64,000 nucleotides of DNA from Alphaproteobacteria bacterium (GTDB taxonomy: Bacteria > Pseudomonadota > Alphaproteobacteria > SHVP01): the NCBI GenBank assembly GCA_040216735.1, contig JAVJOO010000004.1, positions 19,019 to 83,018 of the forward strand. The letters are read 5' to 3'. A program made the position numbers and the translations under genes. Positions 56,015-62,934 of the stretch are shown one piece after another (positions within the stretch are counted from its first letter, which is position 1; every line of letters starts with the position of its first letter). Below the pieces are notes generated by a model. That model did no database searches. It saw only the letters and a program-made list of their open reading frames with translations, and had not been told where the DNA came from.

Positions 56015-56028
56015 TTGACTCAAGTCAA
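56015..56028. promoter_or_regulatory. second FNR/FixK-type box, in divergent DUF2189 / GST promoter region
   Basis: Perfect palindrome TTGAC-TCAA-GTCAA. It lies ~40 nt from the DUF2189 ORF start (55972) and ~55 nt from the GST ATG (56085). Confidence 0.6.
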
Positions 56029-56084
56029 GGGGCTGGTGTGCCGGCCCCCGGCTGGGCAAAGATGGAACCCTTCCAGGAGGATGC

Positions 56085-56747
56085 ATGAAGCTATTCTATA
56101 CGCCTATCCCAAATATGATCCACAAGGTCCAAGTCGTTGCCATAGAGGCGGGCGTTTACGACCGGATCGAGCGGATCCCGACGAATCCGTTCGACCGCGA
56201 TCCGGCGCACATCGCCGCGAACCCGCTGGGTAAGGTACCGACGTTGCTCCGCGACGATGGGTCGCCGTTGTACGGCGGTCCGGCGATCTACGAGTATCTC
56301 GATTCGCTCCACGAAGGGCCAAAAATGTTCCCGCCGCACGGGGAAGCCCGGTGGACGGCGTTGCGGAATCTCGCCCTTGGCGATGGGTTGTTCGATACGG
56401 CGGTATTGCGCGTGGTAGAGCTGAATCGCCCTAAGGAATACGTCCTCAAGGCATCGTTGGACAACCATGCGGCGACGATGGCCCGTTGCCTCGATACACT
56501 CGAGGCGGAAGTGCCGTCATTCGCGGGCTTCACCGTAGGGTTAATTTCCATCGCTTGCGCCTTCATCTACCTCGACCGTCAACGGGCAACGGGTGTGCTC
56601 GACATCGATTGGCGTACAGGGCGTCCAAGCCTCGCCGCATGGTTCAAAGGGTTCATTGAGCGGCCATCGTTTCGATTCCACGACGACGGTTTTCGCGAGG
56701 CCTGGAACGCCGGCGACAAATCCTCGCGTACAGGCTTTCCCGGCTAG
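56085..56747 (+). CDS. glutathione S-transferase family protein, copy 2
   Basis: 220 aa with MKLFYTPIPNMIHKVQVVAIEAGV...NPLGKVPTLLRDDGSPLYGGPAIYEYLDSLHEGPKMFP. It is a paralogue of 44892..45509. Confidence 0.8.
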   Translation: MKLFYTPIPNMIHKVQVVAIEAGVYDRIERIPTNPFDRDPAHIAANPLGKVPTLLRDDGSPLYGGPAIYEYLDSLHEGPKMFPPHGEARWTALRNLALGDGLFDTAVLRVVELNRPKEYVLKASLDNHAATMARCLDTLEAEVPSFAGFTVGLISIACAFIYLDRQRATGVLDIDWRTGRPSLAAWFKGFIERPSFRFHDDGFREAWNAGDKSSRTGFPG

Positions 56748-57922
56748 GCGGACGCCGCGGCTTCAACGCCGCTTGCCGGGATGGGGCGGCCCGCCGCGCG
56801 CATCAGTTTTTCGAGAGCGGCGAGCAGGACCAGGACATTGTTGATGCGGCTCGACTCGCCCATCAATCCGATGCGCCAGATCTTACCGGCAAAGGGACCG
56901 AGCCCCGCGCCGATCTCGATCCCATAGTCGCGGAGAAGCGCGCCGCGCGTCGCGGCATCGTCAAGGCCTTCGGGAATGAATACGGTGTTGAGCTGCGGCA
57001 ACCGGTAGGCAGGGTCAACCAGGAACGCGATGCCCATGGCTTCCAATCCGGCGCGCAGGGCGTTGTGGGTGCGGGCATGGCGCGCCCAGGCCTGTTCGAG
57101 GCCTTCTTCCTCGACCATCGCCAGCGCTTCGTTCAAGCCATACAACGCGTTGACCGGCGCGGTGTGATGGTACGAACGGCCGCCGTCGCCGTCCCAGTAG
57201 GCCAGCACGAGGTTGAGGTCGAGAAACCAGCTTTGCACTTTGGTCTTGCGCGCTTTGACAGCCGCGATGGCACGGTCACTGAAGGTGACGGGCGACAAGC
57301 CGGGCGGGCAGGAGAGGCATTTCTGGGTCCCCGAATACACAGCGTCTGCGCCCCACGCATCGACCTCCAACGGTATGCCGGCCAGCGAGGTGACGGCGTC
57401 CATGATGACTATGCATCCCGCATCGCGCGCGATCTTAGCCAACAATGCGGCGTCCGAGGCAACCCCGGTCGAGGTCTCAGCATGGACGAAGGCCACAACT
57501 TTGGTTGCGGGATGTGCCTTGAGTGCAGCCCGCAGTTTGTCGGGGTCGACCGGTTTACCCATGTCGTCGTCGACCGCGACGACGGTCCCGCCGCATCGTG
57601 CGACGTTCTCTTTCATGCGGCCGCCGAACACGCCGTTCTGGCACACGATGACGGTATCCCCAGGTTCGACCAAATTAACGAAGCATGCCTCCATGCCGAC
57701 CGACCCCGGACCCGACACCGGAAAGGTGACGGCATTTTGGGTGCGAAAGACGCGCTTCAATTGGCCTTTGATCCCGTCCATCAGAATCTGAAATTCCGGA
57801 TCGAGGTGACCGATCGTTGGGCGAGCGCCAGCGGCGAGGACGCGCGGGCTGACATCGGAGGGGCCGGGGCCCATCAGGATGCGGGGCGGCAGGAGCGGGG
57901 CGTTGTGGCGAGTGCCGGTCAT
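56744..57922 (-). CDS. class-V aminotransferase (serine/alanine-glyoxylate or serine-pyruvate type)
   Basis: ATG 57922 inside ORF 56744..58744 (1179 nt, in frame). LMGPGPSDVSPRVL, and PLP-lysine context YSGTQKCLSCPPGLS. Confidence 0.85.
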   Translation of the reverse strand: MTGTRHNAPLLPPRILMGPGPSDVSPRVLAAGARPTIGHLDPEFQILMDGIKGQLKRVFRTQNAVTFPVSGPGSVGMEACFVNLVEPGDTVIVCQNGVFGGRMKENVARCGGTVVAVDDDMGKPVDPDKLRAALKAHPATKVVAFVHAETSTGVASDAALLAKIARDAGCIVIMDAVTSLAGIPLEVDAWGADAVYSGTQKCLSCPPGLSPVTFSDRAIAAVKARKTKVQSWFLDLNLVLAYWDGDGGRSYHHTAPVNALYGLNEALAMVEEEGLEQAWARHARTHNALRAGLEAMGIAFLVDPAYRLPQLNTVFIPEGLDDAATRGALLRDYGIEIGAGLGPFAGKIWRIGLMGESSRINNVLVLLAALEKLMRAAGRPIPASGVEAAASA

Positions 57923-58216
57923 GGGGTCGAACCTCGTGGAAAGATGGGGTGAAACGTGCCGTTTAGCTGCGGTCTTGTCTACCCGACGCCAAATCCACCC
58001 AAGCAAGGCAGAGGGCAGCAAAGGATGGCTTGGACCGGAAACCTTTGCCGGCGATCTCAGGCGACTGGGCTTCCGTCCGCAGGTCGCGCGACGCATCGTC
58101 TTTCCCTGACAGCGCCAGCTGCGCTCGCCTAGACTACGCGCTTGCGGTGGCGCCGAATAGGTGCCCGCGACGGAGGCGCGCCGCGCCTTCGCAGATCGAA
58201 CGGAAATGGTGACGAG

Positions 58217-59071
58217 ATGGGTGCACACGACATCGCCTATAACTTGGGCGGCAAGTTCGAGGAACGCCAAGCTGGCCTTGCAACAGGGCCGCTGAAATAC
58301 TTCGTGGGCGGCTCGGGCCCGGCACTCGTTCATCTGCACGGCGGGGGCGGACTGCGGGTTAGCAGCGCGCTGCAAACCCTCACCGAAACGTTTACCGTCT
58401 ATATGCCGGTTACGCCGGGCTTCGATGGCACCGCGTTCCACGACCAAGTGAATTCCTTTCCGGAACTGGCGGAAGTCATGTGGCGGTTCGTTGACGATGT
58501 CGTCGGCGCACCGTGCGACATAAGCGGTCACGCCTTCGGCGGGCGCCTGGCGCTGTGGCTGGCCGCGCTGCACGGCCCCAAGCTCGGTCAGTTCATTGTC
58601 CAATGCCCGTCGGGATTTCGCGACGGCGGCCCGAACGAGTTGGACCCGAAAGCCTACGCCAAGGCCCTCGTCACGTTCCCGGACCGTGTCCCCGACGAGA
58701 AGAAATCCGATGCGATCAAAGGCGCGAACCGCACGGCAGGCCATTGCTACAATGCGCCGGGCAAAGGGGTGGTGGACGACTCGGTGTTCCGCGACCAGGA
58801 CTTGATTGGGCGGCTCCCCGACATCACCAACCTAACTCTCCTTCTGCAGGGAACGCTCGACGGCGTGCTGCCCCACGACACCGTGCAGTTCCTAAAGGAG
58901 AAGCTGCCCCGATCCTATTTGGTCTACATCTACAACGCCGGTCATCTCATGGACATGGACGAACCGGTGCGCTGGACCGAACTAGTGCGCGACTTTTTGA
59001 TCCGTGGCGATGCTTTCTTGGTCAACCAGGGCGCCGCCAATGATTCCGGGCGACCGCAACAGGTTCTTTAG
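58217..59071 (+). CDS. alpha/beta-fold protein with Ala in the nucleophile position
   Basis: ATG 58217 inside ORF 58142..59071. Oxyanion-like LVHLHGGGG. The nucleophile elbow reads ISGHAFGG (canonical G-H-S-x-G-G). An Asp (QGTLDGV) and a His (NAGHLMDMDEP) are present at the usual positions. Confidence 0.75.
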   Translation: MGAHDIAYNLGGKFEERQAGLATGPLKYFVGGSGPALVHLHGGGGLRVSSALQTLTETFTVYMPVTPGFDGTAFHDQVNSFPELAEVMWRFVDDVVGAPCDISGHAFGGRLALWLAALHGPKLGQFIVQCPSGFRDGGPNELDPKAYAKALVTFPDRVPDEKKSDAIKGANRTAGHCYNAPGKGVVDDSVFRDQDLIGRLPDITNLTLLLQGTLDGVLPHDTVQFLKEKLPRSYLVYIYNAGHLMDMDEPVRWTELVRDFLIRGDAFLVNQGAANDSGRPQQVL

Positions 59072-59098
59072 CCCTGCCTGGACCGTCGCGCCGGGCTC

Positions 59099-59938
59099 TC
59101 AATACCGATCAGCAGGTCGCTTCGGCTGGGCGTAGACAGCAACCTCTTCCGGGACCATGACTCGGTGAGGCGGGTCGTGCCGGAACGGCTCGTCGAGATC
59201 GTAATAGTCGACTGTCAAGCTGCCGCCTTCGGTGCGGCTGAGAATGATCGCACCGGTCTTCGTCCCGTACGGGCCGTGCAGGACCTCCGGGGGCCTCCAA
59301 AAATAGGAGCCGGTGACTAACAAGCCGGTGTTTCCCGACATTTCGCCCCACACCATGTAGCACTCCTGGACGACCGGGTGGCTTTCGACGCGTTTCTCGC
59401 GGTAGGACGGAATAACGCCCATGAGCCAAGTCTGATCGCCCGTAATTGGGTCGGTGCGCAGCAATTTCTTGCGCGAACCCGAACCGGCGATTTCCGGACT
59501 GTTAACCCCCGCATAGTCGACGTCCCACCCGTCGCCGTAGAGCGACTGACGCGGCACATGGGCGCGGGCATCGTAGTCGATCGCGCCGTCGAGCGCGTCG
59601 GGTTGGGCCGAGAAAAACGTTAGCGCTACGGCGCCGTCGGCGGCCGCTGCGGTTTGCCGGGGGAAACCCTTAGGCAGGCAGGTGTAGTCGCCGGGGCCGT
59701 AGGTCTCATCGTTGATTGTGATGCTGCCGTCGAGGACGAAGATCTCCTCTTCCGCCGCCAAACGTTCGAGCGCGTCGCGCCGCCACCCTTTGGGATACTG
59801 AACCAGCAGGCTCACAGCCCCGGTTCTGCCGTCGCGGCTGAGCAATTTATGGGCGACGTCCGCTCGGGCGCCCGACAGCGGTGCAGGATCCCACGGCATG
59901 TCCGGGGCGTGGATGAATTCGACAAGCGGGCGGCTCAT
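59099..59938 (-). CDS. cupin-fold protein (two-domain, ChrR-cupin/DUF4437-like), copy 1
   Basis: ATG 59938 inside ORF 59099..60511 (840 nt, in frame). EEEIFVLDGSITINDETYGPGDYTCLPKGFPR is cupin-like. It is a paralogue of the upstream gene. Confidence 0.7.
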   Translation of the reverse strand: MSRPLVEFIHAPDMPWDPAPLSGARADVAHKLLSRDGRTGAVSLLVQYPKGWRRDALERLAAEEEIFVLDGSITINDETYGPGDYTCLPKGFPRQTAAAADGAVALTFFSAQPDALDGAIDYDARAHVPRQSLYGDGWDVDYAGVNSPEIAGSGSRKKLLRTDPITGDQTWLMGVIPSYREKRVESHPVVQECYMVWGEMSGNTGLLVTGSYFWRPPEVLHGPYGTKTGAIILSRTEGGSLTVDYYDLDEPFRHDPPHRVMVPEEVAVYAQPKRPADRY

Positions 59939-60768
59939 GCGGTGGCCTTTGCATAGGGCCCGTCGATCAGGCGCGCAGCGAGGTCGGGCGGGATCAAACA
60001 ATCGGGTGCGGCGACCAAGTCCGCGGTGCCGCTGCCGGTTGCCTCGAAGGCGAGTGCGCCGTCGTGGCTGCGGATCAAAAAGACGCTGCCGGTCCGCGCT
60101 GCCATGGGAACGCGCGGCGCCCCTTTTGGGCGCCAAATGTACGCACCCGGTCTCATCGTCCCGCGACCGCTGAGCACGCATTCGCCGGCGAGCAGGTAGA
60201 ATTCGGCATCGACGGTTTGGGTTTCGATGGTCGAGGCATGCCACACCGGCGGATAACCGGCGATCAGCGTTTGTGCGCCGCTTGCAGGGTCGGTCGCGAG
60301 CACCCGCGCCCTTGCCCGGTGTGCGGCGAGATCGAGGCCGTGCGCCGGTTCGGCCGGCGGCCAAATCGCCGAGAACACATCCGTGCGGGGTACCCAGCGT
60401 TTGTGCTCGAAGCCGTCTGCCGGCGATACTTCGGCTGCGGTGTAGAACGCCAAGGCAACGCAACCTTGGGCCGCGGTCGCGCGGTGCCGCGGAAAGCCCG
60501 CCGGAAGGCATCCGTAATAGTCGGCCGGAAAGGAAACGCCGTTAAAGTTCACCGCACCGTCGAGTACATAGATTTCTTCATGCAGGGTGCACGGGGGTAG
60601 GTCGTTTGCGACCCAGCCTGCTGGAAAGCGCAGTAAGGCCGTGACACAACCGGTCTCGTCGTCACGGCTGAGAACGCGATGAGTCACGCCCTTTAGGTGT
60701 GGGAAAAGGGTGTCGGTCTGCCAGGGCAGCCACTGCGTCTGGATGAATTCGGTGTGGGCGCGGGTCAT
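59935..60768 (-). CDS. cupin-fold protein (two-domain, ChrR-cupin/DUF4437-like), copy 2
   Basis: 277 aa with LHEEIYVLDGAVNFNGVSFPADYYGCLPAGFPR. The stop overlaps the downstream paralogue's ATG (ATGA). Confidence 0.7.
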   Translation of the reverse strand: MTRAHTEFIQTQWLPWQTDTLFPHLKGVTHRVLSRDDETGCVTALLRFPAGWVANDLPPCTLHEEIYVLDGAVNFNGVSFPADYYGCLPAGFPRHRATAAQGCVALAFYTAAEVSPADGFEHKRWVPRTDVFSAIWPPAEPAHGLDLAAHRARARVLATDPASGAQTLIAGYPPVWHASTIETQTVDAEFYLLAGECVLSGRGTMRPGAYIWRPKGAPRVPMAARTGSVFLIRSHDGALAFEATGSGTADLVAAPDCLIPPDLAARLIDGPYAKATA

Positions 60769-60864
60769 GGTGTTGCTCGGTCCTTCGTAGTCTAACAGAC
60801 GAACGGATCGTTGTTCGAGAGGCGTGGTGCGCGATGCTGGTGGGCGTGACTCAACTGACTGCTT

Positions 60865-61709
60865 TCAATCTCGGTCGAGAAATCCTCGCGTCATATCGGC
60901 CAAGTCGGCAGGAATGACGTCGAACATGCCGTGCCCCTGATCGGGCAGGTCGATCCACTCGACCGGCGCTATCAGGTCCTTGGCGCGTAGCATCGTGTCC
61001 CACAAATCGTCGCGTGGCCGGACCGCGAGAATCGGTTGCGTCAGGCGGGGCAACACAGCACGCGTGTCGTGGCGAAAGACCGCGCGGGCGCCCCACCACG
61101 CGCGTTCGCCCGCACGTTGTTTTTCGCTAAAAAAGCGACGGAGCGTGGCCAATTCGACCCCAGGGCCGCGCCAATGAAGAAGGCGGTTCCATTCCTCGAC
61201 CAAGCTGGAGCCATCCTCTTTGAACGGAACCGGCCACGGCGTTTTTCAAACGCCGCGCGCTCCTCGGCGCTGAAGACGGGGATCCCGATCAGGATCAGGC
61301 GACGAACCTGGTCGGGCCGCAGCAAGGCGAGTTCTGCGGCAATCAACACGCCTGTGTGGTAGCCCAGAAGATCGACCGGGCCGTCCAACCCTAGCGCATC
61401 GATGACATCGCCCATCGCGTCGGCATAGTCCGCAATTTCCGGCGGCGCGGCGGGGGCATCGGATTCGCCAAAGCCCGGCGTGTCCGGCGCGACCGCTAGG
61501 CGATCGCGGCCCATCTCGCCCAGGAACCGCGTGAAGTTGCTGCCCGCGTTGGGGCTTTGGTGGAAACACAATAGGGGCGGGCGCTGCGTCCCCGGATCGA
61601 CCGGGCCCGCTTTTCGTAGGTGAATCTGCCCAAAATGCCCGTCAACAAAGGCGCGGCGCACGGATGCGGCGGGGGCGTTGGCGATCGTCGCGCTCATTGC
61701 CGAAATCAT
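60865..61709 (-). pseudogene. alpha/beta hydrolase interrupted by a frameshift at a homopolymer
   Basis: ORF 61041..61709 carries the N-terminal two-thirds (PLLCFHQSP..., LLGYHTGVLIAAELA, RLILIGIPVFSAEERAAFEK). The C-terminal part continues in another frame: PWPVPFKEDGSSLVEEWNRLL... in ORF 60865..61203 with GHGMFDV. The frames meet at the T5 run 61242-61246, and one extra T/A would restore a single ORF. Confidence 0.7.
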
Positions 61710-61789
61710 AAGCCGCCGTCGCCGCAGGCGGCAGACCCAACGCGATTTTTATTGCCGCCCGGTTGGCCGTTGCCTAGGTATAGGGCCGT

Positions 61790-61866
61790 CGGGGAGTAGC
61801 GCAGTCTGGTAGCGCATCTGCTTTGGGAGCAGAGGGTCGCTGGTTCGAATCCAGTCTCCCCGACCA
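61790..61866 (+). tRNA. tRNA-Pro (anticodon UGG), CCA encoded
   Basis: Cloverleaf folded by hand: acceptor CGGGGAG/CTCCCCG, D arm GCGC-AGTCTGGTA-GCGC, anticodon arm TCTGC-TTTGGGA-GCAGA (TGG at positions 34-36), T arm GCTGG-TTCGAAT-CCAGT, then discriminator A and CCA. Confidence 0.9.
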
Positions 61867-61937
61867 TTCTTCGACACCCAGTTGCACGCTGCACGGCTGT
61901 CCGCAAGCTCCATTCCCCCGCTGGGCCGTTGGCGGGT

Positions 61938-62285
61938 TTAGTCAGTCGCGGGTTCCGCGCTGCGCCAGAGCTGGGCTAATAGCCACACGGCGGCCAGCCC
62001 ATCGACAATCACGATGCCCCACTGGATGGTACTACCGAGGGACGCCCCCTGCGCTGCGATTGCCAGCGAGACTATTCCGCCGATGAGGGCCACCAGGAAA
62101 CCTACATAGGTAAACCAACGCCATCCGCGCAGGAGGCCGATTCCGGCCACAACATGGACTGCAATGCCCAAAACGCTGCCTGCGATGGCGGGGCCACTCG
62201 GGATCACCGCTGCAGCGAAGTGCAAAACCGCTGCCACCGTCATCAGCGCTGCAGGAATGCGATAGGGTCCGGACACACTCAACAT
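61938..62285 (-). CDS. small hydrophobic membrane protein (hypothetical)
   Basis: ORF 61938..62324. ATG 62285 avoids overlap with the upstream gene. It has about four hydrophobic segments, and no family is recognised. Confidence 0.5.
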   Translation of the reverse strand: MLSVSGPYRIPAALMTVAAVLHFAAAVIPSGPAIAGSVLGIAVHVVAGIGLLRGWRWFTYVGFLVALIGGIVSLAIAAQGASLGSTIQWGIVIVDGLAAVWLLAQLWRSAEPATD

Positions 62286-62308
62286 ATCGTCAATCCTTTT
62301 GCCTCGGC

Positions 62309-62926
62309 TCATTGGGTTGGGCACGGCATGCCAGCGACTCCCCAGGCCAGCACGTCGTTAACATGGTCCTGGAGACTATAGGGCGCAGGCTCTCGGCCAC
62401 CCCCGGGGTTCCAGGCCCATTGCAAGATGACATCGTGATCGAGATGGTTCGCGATTTCGAGGAAGGTGCGGCCACCGTTTCGTTCAGGGTCGCGCAACTG
62501 GTTACACACCTGTGCGCTTGTTTTGCCGAACCATTCAGCCTCTACGGGCGCCAACTGCCACTCCATAGCAACTTGCGGCGGGGCGTGTGGCTTGGGATCG
62601 GGGGCGCCCGATCGCGGTGCGTGACACGTCACACATGTAAGTGTTTCTGCGCCGAAGCGGCTTTCTCCGGCGTTGATATTCATGCCGTGCGGTCGGGTTC
62701 GTCCGTAGCTCGCTCCCGACCACATCGGTCGATTGTCGGCGCCGACATGGCAGTTCGAGCAGCGCGGGTGCGAGGTGACCTCATAGATCCGCGCCCACGC
62801 GTCCAAACCCTGAGCTTTGCTAACCGAACCGGCTTTTGGTGGCACGATCGTCACGACTTCGTCGGCGCCAAAGGCGAGCGTGGACAGGCAGGCAGCGAGC
62901 GCCGCCGCGAAAAAAAAGCCTTTCAT
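62309..62926 (-). CDS. secreted dihaem c-type cytochrome, likely partner subunit of the upstream molybdoenzyme
   Basis: ATG 62926 (MKGFFFAAALAACLSTLAFGADE signal) inside ORF 62309..62938. Two CxxCH motifs (CSNCH, CVTCH). It starts 8 nt after the IorB-like stop. Confidence 0.7.
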   Translation of the reverse strand: MKGFFFAAALAACLSTLAFGADEVVTIVPPKAGSVSKAQGLDAWARIYEVTSHPRCSNCHVGADNRPMWSGASYGRTRPHGMNINAGESRFGAETLTCVTCHAPRSGAPDPKPHAPPQVAMEWQLAPVEAEWFGKTSAQVCNQLRDPERNGGRTFLEIANHLDHDVILQWAWNPGGGREPAPYSLQDHVNDVLAWGVAGMPCPTQ

Positions 62927-62934
62927 TTGCCGGT

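Noticed and set aside
57923-58744. Upstream extension of the aminotransferase ORF (56744..58744). The extension of the cupin ORF 59099..60511 beyond 59938 is the same kind of case.
   Set aside because: Family similarity starts at internal ATGs (57922 and 59938). The extensions overlap other well-supported genes and have shadow-ORF composition.
61790-61866. tRNA-Pro as an island integration site.
   Set aside because: No integrase lies next to it. By eye I found no second copy of the tRNA 3' end (GGTTCGAATCCAGTCTCCCCGACCA) elsewhere in the window, and the genes on both sides are ordinary metabolic genes. A proper repeat search was not possible.
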